From an uncultured Pirellulales bacterium (lineage in GTDB: Bacteria > Planctomycetota > Phycisphaerae > Sedimentisphaerales > Anaerobacaceae): a DNA stretch of 64,000 nt. Every line of letters starts with the position of its first letter. The first letter of the stretch is position 1. The stretch spans positions 28,322 through 92,321 of the forward strand of contig CAYXUW010000001.1 in the NCBI GenBank assembly GCA_964468375.1, in the 5' to 3' direction. The notes below the pieces were generated by a model. It made no database searches. It was not told the origin of the DNA and saw nothing but the letters and a program-made list of their open reading frames with translations. The position numbers were made by a program, and so were the translations under genes. Shown one piece after another: positions 8,444-17,164 of the stretch.

Positions 8444-8743
8444 TCACCAATCCATCGTTCCCGCATTTATACAGGCCAGAGTAAACTGGCAGGCAGCTAT
8501 CATATCTCCGAGCTCGTGTTTTACGTCGGCAACTTTGCCTTCCTGCATAGCAGCTTCAAGTTCCCGATATTCAAGTCGAATTGCACCGAGCGCTTCGTGC
8601 CGGGACGTAAAAGTTCCAAAGCCCTTTTCTTCAATCACTTTATCAAGGTGCCGTTCCGAAAATCCCTGCGCCCATAGGATATTTTCTCTCGTCACCAATG
8701 CCCTCATGTTACCTGTATGTTCATTACGAATTGTCGCGTGCAT
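8444..8743 (-). CDS. MazG-like nucleotide pyrophosphohydrolase (putative)
   Basis: 99 aa, all-helical. EYRELEAAMQEG ... HELGDMI resembles the MazG EXXE...ELGD metal-binding motifs. Confidence 0.5.
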   Translation of the reverse strand: MHATIRNEHTGNMRALVTRENILWAQGFSERHLDKVIEEKGFGTFTSRHEALGAIRLEYRELEAAMQEGKVADVKHELGDMIAACQFTLACINAGTMDW

Positions 8744-8757
8744 TTCTTACCTCACTT

Positions 8758-9369
8758 TCAAAATTGCTTTTGCTTAGGCCATTCTGCCCGGCCTAAAATT
8801 TTCAAAACTGAACTGCCCTGAACCTCTGCCCATACAGGGGCTTTGCCCTGCGGCCTACCTCCCCAGCGACCGCACGGATAACGCTTGACAAATTCTCCTT
8901 TCCAATCCTCTAAGTCTGGCTTGCCAAATAACGGCTTATCAACGAGCGGGAAAAGTTCCATTATTTCTGATATAAGTTTTTCGTGAAACCTTCTGAAATC
9001 CAATGCCTCGCTGATATTAAGCCCTTCCAAATATAACCACCAACCCCGATATATAAGTCCGTTAATGCCCGGACACCAAAACACCCATATATACAACGGC
9101 TTTCGATAGATAATGTCCCTCTCGCGTTTCCAATATAAATGCTCTTCCATTTTTTCTATTTTTCTGCGGAGAATGTCTGATTTATAAGTAAACTCCCAGG
9201 GTGCATACATATATTTTCGATAAGCACTCACTGCATCTTCCGGCCAAACAAGCGGCTGAAGTCTATCTACCTCTATCCCAGCCACATTTTTTAGATATTC
9301 TTTCGCTCGCTGGCGGGCTGCTTCGCTCATTTTTGGAGGTTCAAATCCTCTCAGGACAACCGTTGACAT
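8758..9369 (-). CDS. Hypothetical protein
   Basis: The ORF track (to 9399) opens at TTG. The first ATG is at 9369 (MSTVVLRGF...). No motif recognised. Confidence 0.6.
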   Translation of the reverse strand: MSTVVLRGFEPPKMSEAARQRAKEYLKNVAGIEVDRLQPLVWPEDAVSAYRKYMYAPWEFTYKSDILRRKIEKMEEHLYWKRERDIIYRKPLYIWVFWCPGINGLIYRGWWLYLEGLNISEALDFRRFHEKLISEIMELFPLVDKPLFGKPDLEDWKGEFVKRYPCGRWGGRPQGKAPVWAEVQGSSVLKILGRAEWPKQKQF

Positions 9370-9379
9370 CTTTTCGCTT

Positions 9380-9661
9380 TCAAAATTCCGTAGTCGCAAA
9401 AAAGCACGGAAACTTTATTCCCGATCTGACCATATCCGTAAGCTGTTGCATAAACGACATCGATTTCGTCTTATCGTTCAAATCGGGGAAGTATCGCAGT
9501 GACCAAACCTGCTCGTTCGTCAGTTCTTCCGGGCCCTCGAACTCATCCTCGTCCAGTCCTATCTCGGCCATATACGCCTTTTTGACCGATTCCGCATCCG
9601 GCCCCACCCACCAGTCACAGTCGCTCATTCTGAAAATCTTCATTCCGCCTATAGCATTCAT
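9380..9661 (-). CDS. Hypothetical acidic protein
   Basis: 93 aa. It has an ATGA overlap with the upstream gene. Confidence 0.6.
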   Translation of the reverse strand: MNAIGGMKIFRMSDCDWWVGPDAESVKKAYMAEIGLDEDEFEGPEELTNEQVWSLRYFPDLNDKTKSMSFMQQLTDMVRSGIKFPCFFATTEF

Positions 9662-9840
9662 TTCTTCACCTTTAATCTTTTAACCTCTTCTATAGCATAG
9701 CTGCCGCATTTCTCGCACCGCTCCGGCTTGTCCCGGCCGTAACCTGCGGCACAGCCACTGCATTGATAAACCATCTCAAACTGATTTTTATCGATATCTT
9801 TCAGATATTCTTCGACGTCGGCGGTGTTCGGCGGCGTCAC
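9658..9840 (-). CDS. Small rubredoxin-like zinc-ribbon protein
   Basis: 60 aa with CSGC ... CEKCGS. GTG start (alternative ATG 23 codons in). Confidence 0.5.
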   Translation of the reverse strand: MTPPNTADVEEYLKDIDKNQFEMVYQCSGCAAGYGRDKPERCEKCGSYAIEEVKRLKVKK

Positions 9841-9857
9841 CTTATTCTTATCCGGCT

Positions 9858-10301
9858 TTAGCCCTCTGTCCGGGCCTGCGGAAAATTTCGCGGGGGTTTG
9901 CCCATTTCTATCAGTTTCGCATCGACCGCCTTCGCCGCTGCCACGTCCGTCGGAAAACCTCCTATATTTATCCTTTTGCCTTCGATAAATATCACTGCCC
10001 GCCAGGGATTTTTCTTGCTGTTCGGAACTGCCGAAACGCCGTAATATCCTGATTTTGACTTCCGCTTTTTACGGGGCTTTTTCTCCGGCGTCGGCGCCTC
10101 GCTTGTATCCGCCGGCAGCACTGTTATCTCTTCTGTCGCGGGCATCTTTATCATCGCAAACCCTGATACCTGGCTGCCGAGCATTTCCGCTGTCACCCGC
10201 GCTTGTGTTTCGAGGTTGACAAGCACCGCCGCCCGGACCAGTTTTTCGATTTTGTAAATCCCGCCTTTGCCGTCTGTGAAAAATACGCTTTTATTTGCCA
10301 T
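9858..10301 (-). CDS. AP2-domain DNA-binding protein
   Basis: 147 aa. SGYYGVSAVPNSKKNPWRAVIFIEGKRINIGGFPTDVAAAKAVD matches the AP2/ERF pattern (YRGV..W.A.I...GK...LG.F...eAA.AYD). Confidence 0.65.
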   Translation of the reverse strand: MANKSVFFTDGKGGIYKIEKLVRAAVLVNLETQARVTAEMLGSQVSGFAMIKMPATEEITVLPADTSEAPTPEKKPRKKRKSKSGYYGVSAVPNSKKNPWRAVIFIEGKRINIGGFPTDVAAAKAVDAKLIEMGKPPRNFPQARTEG

Positions 10302-10884
10302 CCTTGATCTCCTTCAAAATCTTTTCAATTGTTCCGGGGGAAAGTGTGTCCAGCAAAATGTTTTTCATCGCCTTCCTACCTACATCAATAGCCCTATCAT
10401 CTACGCTTCTTTTTTCTTTGGTTATTGGTAATTTTATTCCCCAAAATTCGCATATTCGCCTTATCGCTTCATTACAAAATCGGAGCTGCTCCTCGACGTC
10501 TTTGATATGAAAGAGTGCTTTTTCAAGCATCTGTTTCTCCGGCGGGTCAAGATGCGGCCCGATGAAATTCTCCAGCTCCTCAATAAACCGTTTGTCTTTG
10601 CAATCAGGACAAGGATAACTATCTTTACCAAACATACCGCAGGGTATTATTCCATTTCTGCACCTTGGATTACTGCATTTCGGCTTTTCGCCTCTCGGCC
10701 ATGGCTTCGGCGATTTAACGAACGGAATTCGCGGACATTCCCCGGGCGCGAGATTCGGCAATCCTCTCTTCCAGTAAATCCCCTCGACCGGTTTATCCCA
10801 AAACCACATCTTCAATGTTCGAACGGCATAACCCAGCACTGCCCCGGCCAAAATCAATATCCCCGCCGCTATATAAATCTCCAT
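10291..10884 (-). CDS. Membrane-anchored Cys-rich protein
   Basis: 197 aa. It has an N-terminal TM helix (IYIAAGILILAGAVLGYAV) followed by CSNPRCRNGIIPCG..CPDC. Confidence 0.6.
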   Translation of the reverse strand: MEIYIAAGILILAGAVLGYAVRTLKMWFWDKPVEGIYWKRGLPNLAPGECPRIPFVKSPKPWPRGEKPKCSNPRCRNGIIPCGMFGKDSYPCPDCKDKRFIEELENFIGPHLDPPEKQMLEKALFHIKDVEEQLRFCNEAIRRICEFWGIKLPITKEKRSVDDRAIDVGRKAMKNILLDTLSPGTIEKILKEIKDGK

Positions 10885-10885
10885 C

Positions 10886-11248
10886 TTACTGCTCCTTTAT
10901 TTTTTCAGTTTTCAAATCTACCGGGCAATTTGGCAGATAAACTTCCCTGTCCGGGAAAATTGCCAATAGCCGCCCATCCATTAAATTTATATGTCCCGTT
11001 GTCACTCCATGCCCGCAGCAGCAGCCCCTTGTTTTTATGCCGCCGTCATTCAGGGCCTTTACCATATCTGCGATACAGGCATCGATGGGCATTTCCTTTT
11101 CGTACTCCTTGCCAGTGGGTGAAAGGTCCGCCGCGATGGTAACTTTCATCATCACAGGCATTCGCCCGCAATGCGGACACGGCTTTGTGCGCCGCCCGTA
11201 CTCTGCCTCGATTTGCGCTGGCCCTTTCGCCCTGTTTTCATTGTCCAT
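10886..11248 (-). CDS. Cys-rich hypothetical protein
   Basis: I set the start at ATG 11248 after GAGGTGGAAG; the ORF track runs to 11317. It has CPHCG and GCCCGHG clusters. Confidence 0.55.
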   Translation of the reverse strand: MDNENRAKGPAQIEAEYGRRTKPCPHCGRMPVMMKVTIAADLSPTGKEYEKEMPIDACIADMVKALNDGGIKTRGCCCGHGVTTGHINLMDGRLLAIFPDREVYLPNCPVDLKTEKIKEQ

Positions 11249-11600
11249 CTTCCACCTCATCATCCCTGAAAATATATTTTTCAAATCTCGGCGACCTGAG
11301 CATCGCCGCGCACGCATTGCTCAACCTGTCCAATCCGTCATCGCCGTCAGCATTGAACGCCTGGCGGAGAATTTCTTTTAGTTTGTTACGCTCCTGTGCC
11401 GCTAACTCTCCGCTTTCGCCGTCAAGTTCTGAAAACACCGACATCAGACCGAGCTCCGCAAAGTTGCAGAGTGTTACGAGCTCCATTTCCGACACTTTGA
11501 CTTTCTTGCCGATATTTTTAACGACCACGCAATGGCCTTCCATGCGTGCCGTTATCGCAACCATTTTCGCCTCATCCATATTTTTTATTTCTCCTGTCAT
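11238..11600 (-). CDS. Hypothetical acidic protein
   Basis: 120 aa. The start is uncertain (ATG 11600 or 11579). Confidence 0.55.
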   Translation of the reverse strand: MTGEIKNMDEAKMVAITARMEGHCVVVKNIGKKVKVSEMELVTLCNFAELGLMSVFSELDGESGELAAQERNKLKEILRQAFNADGDDGLDRLSNACAAMLRSPRFEKYIFRDDEVEDGQ

Positions 11601-11778
11601 TGAGGTCGATATACTTAACGTTGTGAAACCGCAGCTGCGGGAATTCCTTTTTGGCGACTGACTTTCCGGTAAAGTGAGTGGCGTTCTTAAAATCGGTAAA
11701 CCCCAGGCCGCCGCCGCTACGTCTTGTTACGAACAATCCGTCTCTGCGTCTAACAACTATATCTTTTTCTTTGGCCAT
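11572..11778 (-). CDS. Hypothetical protein (first gene after the non-coding region)
   Basis: ATG 11778 is preceded by AGGAGAATAATT; the ORF track extends to 11820. Confidence 0.55.
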   Translation of the reverse strand: MAKEKDIVVRRRDGLFVTRRSGGGLGFTDFKNATHFTGKSVAKKEFPQLRFHNVKYIDLNDRRNKKYG

Positions 11779-11838
11779 AATTATTCTCCTGTCACGGTTA
11801 TTGCAGGGTGCACATTCCAAACTGCGTTTTCACAGCGG

Positions 11839-12256
11839 CCGGACACGCTTTTTTTCACCACAAATTCACTTTTTGCGCGCCATCGCCAACCGCAGCCAAA
11901 CAAAACTTTTAGGAAGGACCCAAAACATTTATTCCCCCCCACCTGATTACATGACCTCATGTCCCCACCATTCAATGCGCGCGCTGCCATTTTGACCGCT
12001 TGGAAAAACCTTACTATTAAGCTGAAAACAAAGTTTTTATGTCCCCACGTTTTTAACTCAAAAACGAAGATTTGCCTAAAAAAGCGGACATTTAGAAGCG
12101 GACGTTTTTCAAAAACTTTATTATCCGTGTGATAATGAGGGTGACCGGACATAAGCACGCCCACCTTATTATCGAAGTAAAAACGAAGATTACCGTAAAC
12201 ACAACTGAGATACTGTTTCAAAAAAGCACTTTTCAAACAGGCGTTTAAATGTCCGC
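11839..12256. repeat. Cluster of short repeated motifs (iteron/operator-like) in a 0.6-kb non-coding region
   Basis: RTGTCCSS occurs in both orientations: ccggacac at 11839, ATGTCCCCAC at 11959 and 12039, gcggacat at 12084, gcggacgt at 12098, ccggacat at 12145, atgtccgc at 12249. In addition, AAAACGAAGATT occurs at 12061 and 12180. Confidence 0.6.
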
Positions 12257-12376
12257 TGCTGATTTTTTTTGATTTTTGAACGTGATTAACGGATTTCGTA
12301 ACTGCCATAAAAACCTAACCTTACGAACCTCTTAAAAACTTAAGTCATCATTACTCTGTAAAAGGTTTACACACCC

Positions 12377-13111
12377 TTACAAACGATCGCTGTAATCACG
12401 GTCCAGACGCTCGCCCATTCCGTTGGCTTGAATGTTCAAAAAGTGCAGGTACTGGACCGTGGTCTCCAGGCTCGAATGACCCATCAAATTCTGCAACGAA
12501 TATATATCGATACCAGCGCCGCCTTCGTCTTTGGACCTTAAAGAATTAACTGCAAACGTGTGCCTGAACATGTGCGGATGGAGCGACTTTTTAATGCCTG
12601 CTGCCTCTCCCCTGCCCTTAATCATTCTAAACAAGGAAGTAGAGGCCCGAGGCCTGAGGCTTATCTCCCCTGTTTTTTTATCAACGGCCCGGACGGTTTG
12701 CAGATAAGTCTTTTTCCGTGAGCTGTAAAATAATGGTTTGCTTATATCGCTTCTGCGGATATGGCGAGGCAGAGTTTTGGGTCTTATCTTGCTAATGTAT
12801 TTATCAATTGCCGTCGCAAGGCGCTTGCTTATAGGTATCGTCCGATCCTTATTGCCTTTGCCTTTGTATACCTCGATTACATTTTCACCTAAAACTCCCG
12901 GAGTGTCCTGCACACGCAGCTTCGCCAGCTCCTGAATCCGCAAACCGGTGTTGAGAAGTATGTCGCATATTAAAAATAATCTCCTGTCGCTCAGGCTGGT
13001 GGCATTCTTCCTTAAAAAAACCATAAGCTGCTGCTGCTCATCGTCATTTAAGACTTTTCTCCAGCTGATTCCATCTTTACGTTTTCGAGGTCCCGTCCGT
13101 GCGTGACGCAT
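12377..13111 (-). CDS. Tyrosine recombinase, Xer-like (short N-terminus)
   Basis: 244 aa. Catalytic motifs are R (TGLRIQEL), HxxR (HMFRHTF), and H plus Y (GHSSLETTVQYLH). Confidence 0.85.
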   Translation of the reverse strand: MRHARTGPRKRKDGISWRKVLNDDEQQQLMVFLRKNATSLSDRRLFLICDILLNTGLRIQELAKLRVQDTPGVLGENVIEVYKGKGNKDRTIPISKRLATAIDKYISKIRPKTLPRHIRRSDISKPLFYSSRKKTYLQTVRAVDKKTGEISLRPRASTSLFRMIKGRGEAAGIKKSLHPHMFRHTFAVNSLRSKDEGGAGIDIYSLQNLMGHSSLETTVQYLHFLNIQANGMGERLDRDYSDRL

Positions 13112-13114
13112 AAA

Positions 13115-13324
13115 TTAATCCTTCATTGGCAAATCTGGCTGCTGAGCTTCAAAAGAAAACTTTACTCTCTCCTTTTCTTTTTTCTTCGGCTTGGTAAGTT
13201 TCTGCAGCTGCTCTATCGAACAGTTAGAAGTGCAATCTTCAAATACAAATTTGATGCCGCCGGTTTTCAATGTTGCACTCGTCAGAAAACCTTCACCTGT
13301 GATTTTTTTTGCTTGCCCTGGCAT
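13115..13324 (-). CDS. Small hypothetical protein (69 aa)
   Basis: ATG 13324 follows AAGGAGACAAAATA; the ORF track runs to 13390. It contains CTSNC and a Lys-rich centre. Confidence 0.5.
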   Translation of the reverse strand: MPGQAKKITGEGFLTSATLKTGGIKFVFEDCTSNCSIEQLQKLTKPKKKEKERVKFSFEAQQPDLPMKD

Positions 13325-13346
13325 TATTTTGTCTCCTTGTTTTTTG

Positions 13347-14102
13347 TTATTTGACCTTCCGCATATCAGTATTATGAAATGGAATTCCATCGAGAAATTT
13401 CGCCAGCTCCGCCTTAATGAAATAGCTGGCTTTCAACTCTCTACATAAGCGGATAGCAGCAATCCCGAAATTTCGCCAGGTCCGGGCTGTGAACCTGTCG
13501 TAGTAATTCATCTTGCCGATACGGAACTGATCAACAAAAGTGTGTGTTCGTCGGATTATCTCGAGTGAAGTTTCAGTCTCTATCACCGGCTCCAGGCTTA
13601 CGAAAGTTTGAATGCCTCCTTCTTTGGCTTCTACAATCGCAGAAATTCTATCATCAGGAAGAGCTGCATAAGGTTCGCGTGCCCTGGATCCAGCCTCATC
13701 CAGAAGCGTCAGTGTGCTTCCGAACATATCATCTGGACCATATAAATCGAAATCGCGCGCAGCTCTCATGCCGCCTTTAGTAAGAATCTGGAATGGGATA
13801 TTATTGTCCCTCAGGATTGAAATCGCCTGCCGGGTAATCTTTTCATAATCATCGAGCTGCTGATACGGATCACACCCAAAGCAGAGTAGTACGCGGTTGT
13901 TCATACCCGCAAGTTTTGGGGCTTCTTTACGAAGCCTTTTAAGGACATCTTTTTTGACAGTCTGCACGCTGTGAAATTCAGGATTCCGCATTACTGTCGG
14001 CCCAAAGCAGTAATCACAACAGAAGCCGCATCCCTTATATAAATTCACCGCCCAGTGAGCGTAATCTCTTGCTGGTCCCGATGGTTGATAAATCGCTCCC
14101 AT
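13347..14102 (-). CDS. Radical SAM domain protein
   Basis: 251 aa. A CxxxCxxC cluster motif sits near the N-terminus (YKGCGFCCDYCFGP), resembling SplB/COG1533-type enzymes. There is no SPASM-like C-terminal Cys cluster. Confidence 0.7.
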   Translation of the reverse strand: MGAIYQPSGPARDYAHWAVNLYKGCGFCCDYCFGPTVMRNPEFHSVQTVKKDVLKRLRKEAPKLAGMNNRVLLCFGCDPYQQLDDYEKITRQAISILRDNNIPFQILTKGGMRAARDFDLYGPDDMFGSTLTLLDEAGSRAREPYAALPDDRISAIVEAKEGGIQTFVSLEPVIETETSLEIIRRTHTFVDQFRIGKMNYYDRFTARTWRNFGIAAIRLCRELKASYFIKAELAKFLDGIPFHNTDMRKVK

Positions 14103-14149
14103 GGATATCCCTTTTAGTTCGGTTTTCCGTTTCTTAAAATCTCGTCCAT

Positions 14150-14332
14150 CTACAAAACTGTATATTTACTTCCTATTTCAAATCCTTTTTTGAAAATTTT
14201 AGGGATGAGAACCCCAATAACGTCATTCGGCAACTGCGATAACCTCATCAATTCGCTCGGCGATAACTTTGTGAGAAGCTCAAAATACGCCATTTGGCCG
14301 TGCTTCTTGTATACCTTTTGAGATATATCCAC
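14150..14332 (-). CDS. Hypothetical small protein
   Basis: 60 aa, GTG start. No motif recognised. Confidence 0.4.
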   Translation of the reverse strand: MDISQKVYKKHGQMAYFELLTKLSPSELMRLSQLPNDVIGVLIPKIFKKGFEIGSKYTVL

Positions 14333-14400
14333 CTGTCAACCCTTTCTGCAGCCGTGGTGCCCCGTGTCACCGCTTTGTCCGCCAAAGCCGCCTGTAATAC

Positions 14401-16080
14401 CTATTTCTTGGATTTCTTTGCTTTAGTGCCCTTCTTGGCTGGTTTGCCCGGTTTGTCTGCGCAGGCACTGCACAAATCTTCTTCTACCCAGTGACAAGGC
14501 CCGCCAGCTGTTTGGCATGCCTTCTCTTCGGTACATCCACAGACACGGCATTTTCTAACTTGCTTTTTGCCCTTTTTAGATTTGGCCGTCTTAGGTGTGC
14601 CGTCGGCTTTCAGATTCGCCCATTCCGCCGGCTCTTTGAATTCTTCCCTTTCGCAAACTTCGCGGTATTTCTCGTCAATGTCAATTCCGAAAAACCCTGC
14701 AATCATTCTTGCCGTTTTTATAGATTCTGCAGTCCCGCCTGTATCCATAAGGTAATAAAAATTAATCCTCATGGTTTCCCACAAAATGCTAGCTAAATCT
14801 TCGCATGCTTTCGCAGGGTTTTTGCTGAATTGTTTTTGAGCTTTGTCGACAAATTCAAAGGGATCTTTACAATCACCTGTAAAATCTATTTCGAGAGATA
14901 CAATAAGCAATGCCACAGCATACAGCTTGTTTTTATGCTTTATCGCTGTTGCAGGCGTTTCCTCAAGTCCCTTATAAAGTTCCATTATTGTCTGGGCCCA
15001 TCTGCGCTCTTCTAATTCCGCCCGGAGCTGCTTGAGCGTTTCGGGCTTATTAGATTCTGTTTTTTGATTATGCTCCTTTTTGACCTTTACATAGATGATC
15101 CTGCCTTTTCCACTGCCGTGGACCACCAACGCGGGCACAGCCCCCTTAGTCGCTTTTTTGACTTTGCTGAACTGCCAGCTGCTCAGACGCCGGCCGTAAA
15201 TCTTTTTCAGCCTATCGCATTCTTCCCTCTCATAACATTGAGATATCTCTACGCAGACCAAACCCGGATGTTTTTTCTGCATCTCCGCAAATTTAGCCTT
15301 CCCGACAGCAATCTCTTTTGACTGCCAGCATTTTTTGTCGAGACATCTGTCTTTGGTGCCGATTGCATCCTCAGCTCTCTCCGCCCATAGTGTCGGCTGG
15401 CAGCTGCTCCGTTTCTGGCAATCCTGGCAGCCGGCAGTATCGAACGGCGCCTTTTTCAGAATCATCAGCTGCTCGGCCAGCCGTTTTTCGAGATCCCTGA
15501 CAGTTAGATCGCTGCAGTACTGGAGCGATCTGTATATATCCTTGTCTTGGATGTGCTGGGGGAATCTCGCAATCAGTCCCAGGTGTGCCGCCGTGAAATA
15601 ACTAAAATCCGAATCCTCGAGGATCAGCTCTTTCCATTTATCAGAAAGATTGTTATTTATCGCCTCGCGCTGATGGACCCATTGCTCGTTTTTGCCCATC
15701 TTCGACGCCACCGCGGTTACATCATTTTTATACTTGGTCAAGAGCGTGGCAACGGCCCTGCCCTGCTCGAGAATTGTCAAGTCCACACGTGCGTAATTCT
15801 CAGCAAATGTAACATCAAACGCTGCATCATCAGATAATCTGCCGTGATTCAATACTGATATCGTCTCATAACCTACCTCACGAGCTGCCAGCAATCTCCG
15901 TTCGCCGGCAAGAAGCTCAAATTTCCCCCCATCGATTTCACGCACATGTACCGGCACCATAACACCGATTGCCCGGATGCTCTCAATAAGGTCAAGAAAC
16001 GCTTGACTCTTTTTATTAATTATTCGTGGATTGTCTCCGCTGATTTTGATTTTTTTTATTTCAACTGGACAGAATTGCAT
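14401..16080 (-). CDS. ParB/Srx-domain protein with C-terminal Cys motif
   Basis: It has the ParB box LLAGERRLLAAREVG, a long helical middle, and a C-terminal KCRVCGCTEEKACQTAGGPCHWVEEDLCSAC plus a Lys-rich tail. ATG 16080 follows AAGGAG; the ORF track opens at TTG 16101. Confidence 0.8.
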   Translation of the reverse strand: MQFCPVEIKKIKISGDNPRIINKKSQAFLDLIESIRAIGVMVPVHVREIDGGKFELLAGERRLLAAREVGYETISVLNHGRLSDDAAFDVTFAENYARVDLTILEQGRAVATLLTKYKNDVTAVASKMGKNEQWVHQREAINNNLSDKWKELILEDSDFSYFTAAHLGLIARFPQHIQDKDIYRSLQYCSDLTVRDLEKRLAEQLMILKKAPFDTAGCQDCQKRSSCQPTLWAERAEDAIGTKDRCLDKKCWQSKEIAVGKAKFAEMQKKHPGLVCVEISQCYEREECDRLKKIYGRRLSSWQFSKVKKATKGAVPALVVHGSGKGRIIYVKVKKEHNQKTESNKPETLKQLRAELEERRWAQTIMELYKGLEETPATAIKHKNKLYAVALLIVSLEIDFTGDCKDPFEFVDKAQKQFSKNPAKACEDLASILWETMRINFYYLMDTGGTAESIKTARMIAGFFGIDIDEKYREVCEREEFKEPAEWANLKADGTPKTAKSKKGKKQVRKCRVCGCTEEKACQTAGGPCHWVEEDLCSACADKPGKPAKKGTKAKKSKK

Positions 16081-16106
16081 TGTACTTTCTCCTTTCACCA
16101 ATTCGG

Positions 16107-16136
16107 TTTATAAAAGGCCCCGCACAAAGCGGGGCC
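16107..16136 (-). terminator. Intrinsic terminator-like hairpin
   Basis: The minus strand reads GGCCCCGC-tttgt-GCGGGGCC followed by TTTTATAAA. It begins 15 nt after the stop at 16151. Confidence 0.65.
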
Positions 16137-16150
16137 TGGCAATACATTCA

Positions 16151-16750
16151 TTACTTCATCTGCACGGGCTTTGATAAACAAACCTCTTTATCACAGAAGC
16201 GAAGTTTTTCATCAACTTCACTCCTAAAGGCGTACTCGTCCGGGCTGTATTTATTGGGCGGCAGCAGCGAAGGCAGGAATCCTAATCTTTTAAGAATTTC
16301 AGAAACCAGCTCGCTACAAAAAACACTCGACAAGTCGCTACGGTGGCCCATAAAAAACGACGCAACCGCCGAAGCAGCTCCCATAAGCTCTACAACGCTT
16401 TTTTCATAGGGCCGGTTTAGCAGTTCCGACATAGTGCTGTTTATAATTTCGTAAAACCGCTCGTCTCTTTCACAAACCAGACGCCGCAGAAAAGCCTTGC
16501 CCTTATACACCTGTAGGATCTCACTTAAGGGATTCAGCTGAACGCCGTTTTTGCCATGCAGCGTTGTCGATTCAAAAAGCATTACCCGGCCGCCGTCTAC
16601 AACGATGATGCCTATATGCGAGTAACGTGCCTTCCTGCGGCTGCATAATGTGCAGAAACAAAGTATCAGCGCGCTTATTGCGCCTTTGCCCCGGAAAAGA
16701 ACTATATCACCGGTTTTTAATGTGCTTCTGATATTTCTGTAGGGTATCAT
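16151..16750 (-). CDS. Permuted papain-like (YiiX/C92, NlpC/P60-superfamily) amidase-like protein
   Basis: 199 aa with GDIVLFRG ... YSHIGIIV ... FCSELV, matching the motif order of that family. Confidence 0.5.
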   Translation of the reverse strand: MIPYRNIRSTLKTGDIVLFRGKGAISALILCFCTLCSRRKARYSHIGIIVVDGGRVMLFESTTLHGKNGVQLNPLSEILQVYKGKAFLRRLVCERDERFYEIINSTMSELLNRPYEKSVVELMGAASAVASFFMGHRSDLSSVFCSELVSEILKRLGFLPSLLPPNKYSPDEYAFRSEVDEKLRFCDKEVCLSKPVQMK

Positions 16751-16751
16751 T

Positions 16752-17135
16752 TTACTGGCTCGCTATTACTCCGGTTAACGTGTTTTTTATGGCTTCAATC
16801 TCTCCTGCAGTGACAACGCCGCCGCTGGCTGCTTTGACATAAAGGTCCGCAAGGGCGGCTATTGCACTTTCTATTTGCAGTTTACCTTCGGATTTCTGTT
16901 GTTCGACTTTAACTGTTAATTGCGTCCCATCGGGAGTGTTCTTCATTGCCTCAAGTCCGCTCAAGGTCTGGTCGCCAATTCGATCATATTCTGTTTCTGA
17001 GCGCAAGCAGCTTTCGCCTTCGATGATCTCATACTCCTTATGGACTACTCTCGAGCAGCTACTAACTAGCCATACCGCAGCGGCCAGCAAAACCACTAGT
17101 GATATGACGGTTGATGAAAATCGTTTCGTGTTCAC
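16752..17135 (-). CDS. Lipoprotein
   Basis: 127 aa with a signal peptide and lipobox (AVWLVSSC). The GTG start follows AAGGAG. Confidence 0.65.
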   Translation of the reverse strand: MNTKRFSSTVISLVVLLAAAVWLVSSCSRVVHKEYEIIEGESCLRSETEYDRIGDQTLSGLEAMKNTPDGTQLTVKVEQQKSEGKLQIESAIAALADLYVKAASGGVVTAGEIEAIKNTLTGVIASQ

Positions 17136-17164
17136 TTTTTTCTCCTTTCAAATTAAAATAATGG

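Noticed and set aside
11781-12308. 175-aa minus-strand ORF filling the large gap
   Set aside because: It has no RBS and an odd low-complexity composition. It runs through an AT-rich region full of short repeated motifs and overlaps the better-supported gene start at 11778. I treat the region as non-coding.
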